From Camelus dromedarius (lineage: Eukaryota), in NCBI RefSeq assembly GCF_036321535.1, contig NC_087438.1, forward strand, positions 1,614,001-1,678,000: a stretch of 64,000 nucleotides of DNA, written 5' to 3'. Numbering within the stretch: position 1 is the stretch's first letter; each line of letters begins with the position of its first letter. Position numbers and translations under genes: made by a program. Below the pieces are notes generated by a model. The model searched no databases and had not been told where the DNA came from. It saw only the letters and a list, made by a program, of their open reading frames with translations. Shown here one piece after another: positions 22,391 through 33,811 of this stretch.

Positions 22391-25161
22391 CTGTGTCCCT
22401 GACCGCTCAGGCAGCCGCTCACTGCCGATGCCCTGAGCTCCCCAGTAAGCATCCCTGGATCACAACACCTGAGCCAGAGCCTGCCCCGTCTGCGTGCTTC
22501 AGCCCAGGGTGGGCCTGAACGGGGAGACCTGCTGCGTGTGTGTGTTTCCTGTGCTCAGCAGACTGTTTCCTTACTGCAGGGAAAAGTCGTCCCTGTGAGA
22601 ACCAGGGATCTTTTGGTGATGACCTCCCCCCATTCTGCCTATAAATGCCACTAACCAGATTTGATCCCATTTTATAATAATTCCCCTGCTTTTCTGAGTA
22701 ATCAACACTGAAAAGAGATCCAATCAGAATGAAGTGCAGTGTTGCAGCCAAAACGCATCATTAACTCTAAGACTTTCGCCCACTGCTAGAGTGGCACCTG
22801 CATTCCCTGGGAAGTGAGCAGGGCGGCCGGACGATGCTGCCACCCCCAAAAGGCGAGGCCACCCCGAGAAGTAGCGGCGCACGCCTGCCGCGTGCTGGGG
22901 GCCCCAAGGCCCAACAACACAGCGCTTAGCGAGAAACGGTTCACAAGTGTCAGTGTTTGTATTTATTTATTCCACACTTTTTCCATAAAAGGATACAAGG
23001 CAGCTAATAACCCCAGTGTTTGGATGTGTTAAAATGGGAACACTGGATTTTTCCTTTAGGAACATGACCTACCTAATCTTTATATTTTTATGAATCTAAC
23101 TTCAGAGAACATCAAGGAAGTCATTTCTAAAACATGACTATGGTAATGTAATTTTTAGACGAAAGCTGAAGGATGAAAGATTATAGGATGGAAGGCAGGG
23201 TTGAGATTTTAAAGCAATTGATTTCCATTTAAATTCTGGAATGAACTTTCATTTCTTCAGAGACTAAATGAGAGCAACAGTGTTGAAAGCAGCCAGTCCC
23301 AGTGACAGGCAGAGGCCGCGGGTCCGCGGGCGGCACAGCCCTGGCAGCCTGCCGGGGTTTCCGTGTCGCCGTGTTTTCCTGGGCGCGACCTAGCTCTTTG
23401 TGCTCGTACTTTGCAGGCAAAGGTAAACCTTTTATTTGAGGGAAAACTGCCGTACTTGGCCCCATTCTCTTCATTGCCACGATCTTCCTCCAGCCACAAA
23501 AACAACAGATTTGAGCCAAAAAGCAATTTGTTTTGAGGCAAATAGCACCATAAAGTTTGCAACTTATATGAAGTTGAGGCGTGCCAAAAATCTCAGTGCA
23601 CTATATTGACCAATTTTTTAACATCATTGCATGTTTTTCTGGATGCATTTCTATGATCAGAGAAACACAAATTATGTTTATTTATGAGTATGATACAGTC
23701 AAGCTCATTTTGGAAAGTTTTAAAGGAAACATTTATCATCTTAGCAAAATCACAAAAGCATTTCCCATAGTAGGGGGGACGTCCATTTATCAACTAAGAT
23801 TTATCAAATTAATGGCTTTCCTGCGGTGATACCTTGGTCCCCAGTGAAATGAGTTTTAGAATTGAAACCTGCAGAGGACTTGCTGAGCTTGTCCTGAATG
23901 TAATTGTGCTCATGCTCCAGACACGCTCCACTCTCTCATTCTTTCACTTCTTCCAAAGCTTTCTTGAGAGAGTAGCATGTGTGTCCGTGGTCGTCACTCT
24001 GACTGCCCGCATCCGCAGTGCCTTTTGGGGGACTTTCCTTAGGCTTTTGAAGCCTCTCTGCCCAAATGACCAGACCCAGCACAGCCTGAGTTGCCCCCGC
24101 CCGTCCGCCATGCTGGGGAGCCCTCTGTCCGTGGTGCTGACACGGGGGGGGGGAAGCTGGGCTCCATGCTGAGCTGGGGGGGCTTGGGAGCAGGGCTTCC
24201 CCCCAGAGCTGCCTGTGGGATCAGGCCAAGGTTGGGGCTTCCTCTGACTTGCATCCTTTCTTGTGTGAAGTCTTCCTGCACCCCTACACCCCGGGAGTCA
24301 TTCCTTAATCATCACTGTGGGCAAATCCTCCTCTCAGAGTGTTTGGGGGAAGCCTGACCTAAAAATCAGTCTGGATGACAGATGGTAGAAACTCGAAATA
24401 AAAATTTCTCCCCATGGTTAAAAATTGTAACCTGGTTTTTCACTGATTTGATACATTCTTAAGATTATAAGTGGTAAAGTAAATTGTAAGAATCTTAATG
24501 AATTCAAACTTCTGTAACGATTTGATGTGCAGCTGTCACAGTTCCACCATTAGGGTTGCCCATGGTCGGATCAGAGGAACTCATTATCTGGACTGGAGTC
24601 CGGGCGTCTCGGGGAAATGATGCAGTCGGGGTGCAGGGCTGAAGCGGTGCCCTGCTCGGCTCCTAAGGAGCCCGCTGAATGTAAGAGGCCCGGAGGCTTG
24701 TGGAGATTACAGAGGGGAGACTGGCTCTGCCACCCCAAGCATCTTCCCACCACTGCGGAGGCAAAACTGATAGGAGACGCTAGCTACGTTGACCTAAGGA
24801 TTCAAATTCTCAGAAGAAAAGGAACGAAATCCTCCAAAGAGGAAAAATTGAACCGACTTAGGTGTGCGAGGTCATTGATCCTAACTCCCGGTTCCAGCAA
24901 GCTGCACTTCCCCCTTCTGGCCACAAGCCACCCGAGTCCCAGCAAGGGTCCCTTGTCCACCCCAGGGAATTAACTCCCCTGAAGTCTCCTTACGCCTTCA
25001 GCGAATGCTGCCTGCAGTCTGGGACCAAACGCAGCCACGACCTCACAGGAGCGCAGAGGGTGAAGGGCGAGGGAACGCAGGGGCCACCCGCCGCTCTGCT
25101 TCAGCCATTTCAGGGAGAGGGGCCAGCTTTGCTGTTGTTCTTCAACAGAGGAAAGAATCTT

Positions 25162-25193
<32 letters not shown>

Positions 25194-26879
25194 CATGGAT
25201 TGTTGTCAGATCCCGAGGGCTGAGTCTCCCATCTGGGATGACCTCCAGAAGGGACTCCAAAGTCACAACTGAAGCCCCTCCTGGAGGGAAGGGCAGCCTT
25301 GCTCCCGCCTAAATCTTCCTGGGAAAGCAGCTGGGTGTTACTAAGTTCTCGTGGGGGACAGTAAACAGCGCGCAGCCCTGACCCTCCCGTCCTCAGGGAC
25401 CTGTACCTGTGTGGGCGGAGGGCATGACAGCTGTGCCTCCTTGGAAGCACGGTTAGTCATCAGGCAGCTAGGATGTCCTATCAGACGCTCTCATCATACT
25501 CTCACACCTGACTGGCCCTCAAGCACTCCAAGCTCCTTGCCGTGGCACCGCGTATTATTCCCCTGAACTCGGAGCTGCGCACAGTCCAAAGTGCAGGCTG
25601 GGCCACCGTCCACACCGCCCGTCACAGCACACACAGCCTCTCGCTGCGCTTGCTTCTCCGCCCCAGTAAATTCCAGGTGTTACCCTCGTCCCCAGTCGCA
25701 GCTCTAGAAATGCCCGCTGGACCGTGCTCCTCCGTGCTGTAAGCGCGACATGTCCAAAGGCAAAGCCCAGTCTCCCCTGGAAGCACGGTCCCTCCTGGGA
25801 CGCCCTCGCTCCCTTGAAGGCGTCACCATCTACCAGATACCAAGCCGGAAGCCAGGAATCACGCCAGACTCTCGCCCTCCCTCCCCAGGGATGGGGACAC
25901 ACAGTTTTCGTGTGTTTCTTTCATCACGATGGTCTGACCAAGATCATAACAACTAGCAAGACTCCGAGGGACAACGTCTAAGATCGTTCTGCTCGGGGAT
26001 TCTCACCGCTGACTTGGATGGAAGATTGGAAATACTTTAATTAAGTACATAGATTGTTTAAAATGAAATAGAAACCAATTGAATAGCTTAAAGAGAGACT
26101 AAGAATTTAAGTGATTTGAATAAACAGCACCAACAAATATTGCTCCGAAGGAATAAGCAGTTTGTTACGGACAAATGAAAGTCTGTACAAAACGGGAAAA
26201 TGAGCGAAAGAAGCAAGCGTGTGGGGGGTAACATCTCAGGGCAAAAAGGAAGAGAGAAAGTCCTGAAGGATAGGGCTCATTCACGCCCAGGCGTGTGCCT
26301 GCAACTCGGGATTCAAACGGCGAGCACGTGGGCTCAGCTGGGCGCCTGGGCCTCGGCTCCCCTTCCGGAGAATTGTTGACATTCAAAAGGCAATCTCCGT
26401 TTGCTCACACCTGTCCTTCCCGATAAATACCCTGTCCTTTGAAAAGTATTGACCAAAGCTACTTAATAACTCAATTTGACTTTATTTGTATCCATCAGGA
26501 TGAGTTTTGAAAACAAACTTAACACTAATCTTATCTAATAAATACATCGTTACATTTTGGGATGAAATAAACTTTGCCCTTTTCTCTCACATATGAAGGC
26601 AGCATCACGTTAACTCAGCAGCCGGGAGGCCAGTGCCCTGTCCTTTCCTGGGACCAGAGTCTGGCAGCGACCACACCCTCGTTTACACACAGGACCTCCC
26701 CGAAGCCTGGAGCAAGTCTGTGCGTGGGGAAGCGGGCAGGTCTTCAGCTGCGATTAGCAGCGCTCCGGAACCCGCAGGAAGCTCATCACCCTCACTGGGA
26801 TCGCAGGTCGACTGCCTTCCCTGTGAGCAAACGAAATGTACCTCCTTTACCAATGGGCATGTTCCAAGCCCACATTTTT

Positions 26880-27023
26880 GTCCAGCTTCACTGAGATGTA
26901 ATTGTCATATAACTTTGTATAAGTTAAAGGGGCACAACATAAATGATTTTTGACATGTGTATATATTGCAGAAAGATTGTACCAGAACAAGGTGGGGTGA
27001 CACCTTCCACCTCACATGAGCAC

Positions 27024-27057
<34 letters not shown>

Positions 27058-27150
27058 AGGAGCTTTAAAATCTACTCTCTTGGGAACTTTCAAATACACA
27101 ATACAGTATTGACTGTGGTCACCACGCTGCTCCCTACACCCCAGAACTTC
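26880..27150 (-). mobile_element. Old L1 (L1MA9-like) 3' end, host element part 1
   Basis: cagcttcactgagatgtaattg...ctttaaaatctactctcttgggaactttcaaatacacaatacagtattgactgtggtcaccacgctg...ccccagaact. Confidence 0.8.
27026..27054. repeat. (TG)n microsatellite inside the old L1
   Basis: Directly visible. Confidence 0.95.
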
Positions 27151-27154
27151 TCTT

Positions 27155-27809
27155 TTTTGGGATTTATTTATTTATTTATTTTACAGACTGTTTTTGACTT
27201 TATTTTTATTGAAGTACAGTCAGGTTGCAATGTTGCATCAGTGTCTGCTGCACACCATGATGCTTCAGCCATCCATATATATACATATATTCCTTTTCGT
27301 ATTCTTTCTCGTTATAGGTCACTACAAGATAGTGACTATAGTTCCCTGTGCTCTACAGAAAAACAATGACAAAAAAAACTTGTTGTTTATCTGTTTTGTA
27401 TACAGTCGTTAGCATCTGCAAATCCTGAACTCCCAATTTATCCATTTCCACTCCCTTTTCCCACCTGGTCACCATTAAGTTAGCTTTCTATGTGTGTGAT
27501 TCTGTTTCTGTTTTGTAAATAAGTTCATCTGTGTCATTTTGTTATTTTTTAGATTCCACAGATACGTGACATTGTATTTTGCTTTCTCTTTCTGGCTTGC
27601 TTAGAATGATGATCTCCAGGACGATTCATGTTTCTGCAAATGGCATTTTACTATTTTTCATGGCTGAGTAGTGTTCCACTGTGTAGATACACTTCGATTT
27701 CTTTGCCCAGTCTTGGCTGTTGCGTCAATGTCTGGGCTGCTGTAAGCAGTGCTTCTGTGAGCACAGGGGTGCAGGCGTCTCTTCAAATTAGAGCTTCCTC
27801 CAGATACGT
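27155..27809 (-). mobile_element. Lineage-specific L1 3' end nested in the older L1
   Basis: T-rich/(TTTA)n tail at left, antisense L1 3'UTR and ORF2 end (catggctgagtagtgttcc); approximate TSD gaacttctctt (27144-27154) / gaacttattctt (27810-27821). Confidence 0.88.
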
Positions 27810-27840
27810 GAACTTATTCTTCTTAAAACTGGAATTTTGA

Positions 27841-27948
27841 AAACGGAAGGGACCGCATCAGGTATCACTCAGCACATCAACTGCTGCTAAGCTACAAGGA
27901 ATTGTTAGTGGGATCCATCTGTCCAGAATAAAGCCTGTAACTTATAAG
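27841..27948 (+). pseudogene. Class I ERV pol integrase C-terminal remnant
   Basis: Translates KRKGPHQVSLSTSTAAKLQGIVSGIHLSRIKPVTYK, matching the gammaretroviral-type integrase C-terminal motif (W)KGPYxVLLxTPTAxKLxGIxxWIHxSxIK. Confidence 0.85.
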
Positions 27949-28283
27949 CATCTAAAACAAATATTTTCATGTGCTGCAAAAAAAAAAAGTTTTTGTGTAC
28001 AATCAGGAATTTAAGTATTTAACAAATTCTAAAAGCTCTTTGTAGCCCCAGCTAACTCTGAGATGCTTTGAAGGAACCCTGAGGCATCTCACATGTTAAA
28101 TTAACTAGGACAATTTGGTATGTTAAGCCGAATGTAATCAATCATGATTCTAATCATTGTAAACAAGTCTCTGTCAATCGCAGGTGTTTGACCATGTCTT
28201 CTAAGTCTTCGTCGTCACAGAGAGCTAAACTGCTGCTACAGGGAGCTGCATCTTCAGAAGGACTCATGAAAAAGGCTTGAAAG

Positions 28284-28350
28284 CAGTTACAACAGTTGCA
28301 CTTCAAGACGAGGGCTCTGTGAGGATTCCAGCACACGCCGCCCTCTGACG
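28284..28350 (+). pseudogene. ERV env cytoplasmic-tail remnant
   Basis: Translates QLQQLHFKTRAL*GFQHTPPSD, resembling class I ERV env C-termini of the type RLQQFxxKMMxxQGFQPIP. Confidence 0.55.
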
Positions 28351-28522
28351 CGAAAACAAAGGCTGTCCTGCCCCTGCGGCCCCAGATTAGACGGTCAGAG
28401 ATTTTCACTCCCTGACAGGCAGGGTCAACCCCCCTACTCAGCCCAGAAGTAATTTCAGAAGATGAACCTTCGCCCATCTGCAGCCCCATAAGATTATGGG
28501 AGTGAAGTCTCTGAAGGGGGAA

Positions 28523-29036
28523 CGAGACGGGAGGGAAGGGGGCAGGGCACAGCCACCAAAGGAATGACAGCAATTAGCACCAAAGTCGGGGGAGACGCCA
28601 CCCCCGGCTGGCCTTGAGGATTAAGATGGCGGGAGGTTTGACTTCTAGTAGACCCTGGGCTTCACTGTCCGCTCATTGTGACGTATAAGCGTGATCGATA
28701 ACATGCCCGCAGGCACAGCGGCAGTCCCCAGGCTGACTGCAAAAGGCCAAAGGATGGGTGGGGGCCCCAGTTCCCGGGAATCCAGCCTCGTCCCCGGGGT
28801 AGTGGGAACAGCCCCACCCGTGGGCGTGTGAAGCTACTGAGCCCGTAACAACGGGCAACACCGTGCCCGGCGGCCTTTCTCTGCTCCCGCCCCTTCGGAG
28901 ATGGTCGCGCTGCCTGTGGGGAGCGCACCCACTTGTATTTTCACCCGAGCGCCCACCCCCGCGCCTCTCCCCTGGCCTTGCTCTCGCCCTGCACTCTGTG
29001 AGGTGTGCGTCTCCCTAAATAAACCTACCCTTGCTC
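28523..29036 (+). mobile_element. ERV1-type 3' LTR, U3-R only (U5 apparently missing)
   Basis: Preceded by polypurine tract gaagggggaa (28513-28522); starts (C/T)GAGAC; AATAAA at 29018-29023 followed 13 nt later by an A-rich tail. Confidence 0.8.
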
Positions 29037-29050
29037 AAACAGACAGACAG

Positions 29051-29310
29051 AAAACCTGGAATCCTGCCCCTTTGACTTCTTCCATGTATCACAGCGCCCT
29101 CCGGGTCCACCTGTGACGGAAACAGCAGGCCCCCCGCTTCCTCGAGGTGAGTCACACACGTGCGCACATGTGTGTGCAGCTCACGCATTCTTCACCAGCT
29201 CACCCGTCAGGCTGTCCTGTGCCCCGGCTGCCGTGAGTGGCGCTGCAGCGAACGCTGGGCTCAGGTACCACTTTGAGAGACCCTTCCTCTCCTAGGAGTG
29301 AATACCCAGA
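29051..29310 (-). mobile_element. Old L1 host element, continuation after the ERV insertion
   Basis: ctggaatcctgcccctttgac continues the host (ctggaa...ccctttgac); later ggctgccgtgagtggcgctgcagcgaac and gaatacccaga are GC-shifted antisense L1 motifs. Confidence 0.6.
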
Positions 29311-29366
29311 CACTTACCTTTCCCCAAGCCCAGACTTTTAAAAGTTCACTTGTGATGTTTACTTAC

Positions 29367-29476
29367 CTGATATCCTTACAGCTTTATCTTCACTTTTAGG
29401 AGGTTTTATTTTCTTCAATTCAATCTTTACTCCTTTGAAATTTTCTAAATCTCTGTTTTCTGCATCGACCCCTTTC
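29367..29476 (-). other. Candidate exon (110 nt), coding-like
   Basis: Acceptor ttctatccaAG, consensus donor CAG|GTAAGT; open frame KGVDAENRDLENFKGVKIELKKIKPPKSEDKAVRIS. Confidence 0.35.
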
Positions 29477-31085
29477 CTTGGATAGAACACTGCTGTGATC
29501 GCAGCAGAGGATGCACACATTGTGATATTTGCACTATTCACAGGGCCCTTGATTCTTGCCCTGACGCAATGCACAGTCCGCCAGCATCCCTAACAGACCC
29601 GGGGTTTTACCCAGCGATGAGCCAGGGAGGACTGCCTTCCTCTCTTCAGGGTGGAGGGAGTCCTGAGGGTGGCTCCAGCTCTAGAGAGAAAGCAGCTATA
29701 AAACAACACGGCTCCAAGTCTACACCACAGGTGAAAGTTAGAAATCCACCAAGTTGAAGAGAGCTGAGCTTATTAATGCGCCCAAATGCATCAGTCTCAG
29801 CGTTTAGATCACCTTTGCGAGCTTAGAAAAAGCACCTCTGCTTGTAATTATCTTCTCATTAAACGTAATCATAAATGACACTGCAGCCCTGAAATAAAGC
29901 AGAGGAAACCAGAGAATTCCATGTGAAATGTGACATTCTGCTGTGCCCTTTCCACAACGTACAAGCTCAAATAATACGTCAGAGATTAACTCGGCCATTC
30001 TTTCATTTACACTTCGCGCAGCAGATTTCACGTTATTTAAAAAGCTTTATATAAAAGTCATTCAGATGTGAATAATTGAAATTATTTTTAATGATTGTCC
30101 CATTAGGGACTCAACTTACACAGATCTCAGACTGACCTAGTTTTTCCCTTTCTCTCATCAGCTTATTTTACTGGTGAATTTAAATAGATCCGTCCCTAAT
30201 GAGATACGTACTTTTCAGGCAACACCGGGAAACAGCTACCTTTAACACGTGTTCTTTGCATCTGTCATCCACACGTTGTCCCAGAACGGGGTGCCTCGCC
30301 GGGTACGTGCACACGCGGGCTTCCTCAGCGAACCCGTCAGTTATGCTGCCAGGACTCTCTTGATGCCTCTAACCTTTCATTGTGGAGAACATACATTTAA
30401 TTAGGAGGAAATCTGGGCCTATGATGTCATAGGTCAAGGCGTGCATGGCTGCTGCCTGGGAGGGGCTCTGTGCAGGAGCGCGGAAGTCGGTGCCCCGTCA
30501 CCAAGCCGCACAGCTCACAGGAGGGCCCGGCCTCTCATTCCACCCAGCTGGGATGCGGGCTGCTCCCCAGTCAAAATAAACCAATTTTAAAGGATACAAA
30601 CATGACTTCAACCTTTGAAAATATGAATATTCATTCTGTCACTAATGTTGTTGGAGAGTCAAGGACTTCTCTTCAGACAAGAGTGTGCTCGTTGGAAGGA
30701 ACCCACATCTATGATTTCTAGTTTGTTCTCATAAAGCCTAATGACCTGTTAAGATATTCACAAAGCTATCTAAGCAGAATTGAGATAGCGACCAAATAGA
30801 TTTTTTTTTAATTTGTGGAGTTGTGTAACAATGTTTAAACGATGTCTTGATAAGGTCTTTTCAAAGCATGCAGTTGAGGTTTCATTAAAAAAATAACAGT
30901 CCTCATACTTGCATCAATACTCGGTATTGCACAGACACTGAGTGTTCGCTTAGGCGATAGCTCACTGCATGTGTAATGCGATAACAGGGACACTGGGGCC
31001 AGGGGACGTTGCAGCCGATCCTTGGTGCATGTGAGATACAGCCTCTGGGGCAGGAGAGAGGCCTGCGGCAGGACTGGCCTCAGCA

Positions 31086-31200
31086 GCGCACACTCGGGAG
31101 CGACGGAGAGACACGTGCGTAGCTGGGAGAGATGGAGAGACGGTCGCGTACTCGGGGGTGACGGAGAGACAGGCGCATACTCGGGGGTGATGGAGAGCTG
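31086..31200. repeat. 29-bp minisatellite x4
   Basis: Units gcgcacactcgggagcgacggagagacac / gtgcgtagctgggagagatggagagacgg / tcgcgtactcgggggtgacggagagacag / gcgcatactcgggggtgatggagagctg. Confidence 0.9.
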
Positions 31201-33811
31201 CTAAGGAGGAAAATGAGGAAGTTCTCAGTGAGGTCCGTTTGGATGCAGCTGTAAGCGTGTGCTTCCGTCGAGTTCCCGCCCCAGCCGCCACGCCAGGCAT
31301 CTGATCCCACTGCCTGGTGCTCAGAACACACTTTGCTGCCGGGGTCCTGCTTAGCTTCAGGACTCGAGCAGGCAAATCCCACAGCTCCACCAAGAAAGCT
31401 AAGCAGGGCCTTAATCGGGAGGTGGCCAGCGAGGGCTCCTTGCTCGGACGCGGTGCCCGTCCAGCTTCAGGACCAACAGGACAGAAGCTTCTGGTGGGTG
31501 AATGTGTCTGCGGGACAGGCCGCCCCCGCCTGGCCACCTTCTTCTGGCGTTTTGCATCCATGTCAGTAGTCCTGCCTCCACCGACAGAAACTGGAAACAG
31601 GGGGACGAACAGATGGAACAGGAGCCTTCAGATTATCCAGGATTTCGTGGATTTGTTCTCTATTTTTTGTTGGGTAAGAGCTGACAGGAGTCTCGTCCGA
31701 CTGCGGAGGCCATCATCACATGGTCTCCTTGGGGGGCTCCACATGGCCACACCTCTGCCTTCCTATCACAGGAGGATGAAGGGGGGCACACCCACAGGTG
31801 GGTGGCTGAGCGAACGTAGGTGGGCCTTTCCGAGTGGGGGTGGGGCGGCTCTCAGCTGTCTCCAGGCAGCGGGAGGCCTGGAGCCACATCCTCCCTCGTT
31901 TCTGTTTCTGGTCATTCGCTCCGATGTCTGCCCTCCAAGCTCAGAGGGGAGACAGAGCTGCTGGCCTGAACTGTTTGCTATTCACTTAAAACACCATAGT
32001 GGGTCAGAATTCAAACAACAGTAGCAGAGTGCTTGCAAAGTTACGTCTTCTAAAGACTTAACAGGAAACACACTTCTCAAGGGACCTACTCGCACGCAGA
32101 CTTGGTGGCAAAGAAACAGCGCTCGCCCTGGCGGCCACGGGCAGGTGGGAAGCTAACAGATGCGCCCACGCCCCGGCCGTCATCACAAAGGCTGCGCGTG
32201 GTGTCTCCCTGCCGCCAAGCCAGGACGCAGGTTCCTGGACACCGGAGCTCCCCGTAGGGGTAGGAAGTCCTCCTTCCCCTTCCCCGCGGGGTCAGGGTCT
32301 GTTCCGTGCACCAGCAAGAAGGGGACGCCCTCCAGGGGCCGTGGAGCTCCCAGGACCACGGGGCTGACACCTGTGCAGCTGTGGAGGCTGCGGGACACCT
32401 GCTCACGAGGGCCTGTGACTTGGTCGGGGTTTGTCTGCTCAGTGGCTGCCACTCCTACCCGGGTTTGGTCCTTGCCCCCCTGTAGGTCACACAGATTCAC
32501 CTTGGACGTGGACGGCAGTGATGCTCGCTCTTCCTAGAGGCAGCACCTGCTCCTCCGCACAGTCACCTGCAAACTGCATGCAGAAGCCAGTCCAGAGACG
32601 GCACCTAATAGCAAACACAAGGATGCTCTGCCTGGATGTGACCCGGGGTGAGGCCCTGTGCCGGCCTGCCCCATCTCTTTGACCCCAGCCACCCCACAGG
32701 GGGTCAGTGCTATGAGGGTCCCCTTGCTGGCAGGAGAAGCCTGACGCTGAGAGAAGATTGTGTGAGTGTTAACAGCCAGCTCCCATCGGTAGCGTTTGCC
32801 TATTTCTGTGGGGTCAGTTTCTGCCCCCAGCCAGTTCCAAGCTGCCTCTGTGAAGTCACCAGATGTGAACGCGGGCAGCTGTGGGTACAGTCAGCTGCAG
32901 GCGTCACTGAGAGATTAAGGAACGGAGTTACCCAAGGGCCGTCACCCTGAACCAGCAGAGTGAGGAGGCACACCCGGGGCTCCTGGAGGAGCAGAGTCCA
33001 GCCTGGGTCATCCCAACGTGCAGGAATTGCTTCTCAGATGAAGCCTTAAAAACTGCAGAAGCCGGAGAGGAGGCCGGGGCCGTCAGAAACCCAGGGGAGC
33101 CTCGAAGCACTGGAGGTTTTGTTTTCTTCTCCCCGGAAACACCACCGCAGCTCGGCATTCGCTCGTAGGGCCCCCGGCCCTTGGCAGGTGCTGGCGTCCA
33201 GAACCAGGGCTCTGCTTCCTTGCCAGGCGCTGTTTCATGCCCAGTCCCAGAGCTTCCCCCCAACCCGCCCCTCCCCTCGTGGTTCCCTGGCCCCCACCCC
33301 GGGCGCCGCTGCTGCCTCTGTTCAGCCTGGAAGAGACGCGAGCGCAGGCCCACGTGGACGCATCCCTGTTTGCCGTCTTTGGAGCCAGGTTTGTGGCCGT
33401 CTCATTGCTCCCAGCACCCGCTTTCCGGGGGCTCCCGATGCTTGGCTGCACCCCTTGCCAGGAACATTCCAACCCAAACCCGGGGACGCCACCGCCTTTG
33501 ACTTTCGGCAAGCCTTGTCTGCGGGGACCCGCCCCCAGCTGCAGGGACCACCTGTGCCAACGGTGAGGGCGGCAAGGCTGCCGAGGGGACGTGTGCGGCC
33601 GGGGACCCAGAGCCGGGGGCTGCGGGTGGCTCCACACTGCAGCCCGTTCCCGGGCGCCGGCGGGAAGGTGGCTCCACGTCCCACCAGCTGCCCCAGCTCT
33701 CAGTGGTGAGGGGCGGGGACCCTCCGCGGCTGTGTGGAGCCAGCTCCTCTCCACGGAGAGGCACGGGCACCCGCAGGCCACAGTCTGTGTCCGTAAAGTC
33801 ACGTAACATTG

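Noticed and set aside
22419..22751. ORF containing QNGGRSS, faintly recalling a small human uncharacterised protein
   Set aside because: Match is only a few residues from memory with no flanking similarity or exon structure; not enough to name a gene.
31086..31200. 29-bp repeats as a possible CRISPR array
   Set aside because: Units are head-to-tail with no unique spacers, and the DNA is mammalian.
31317..33809. Several 190-240-aa ORFs on both strands
   Set aside because: Mutually overlapping, low-complexity composition, no homology that I recognise.
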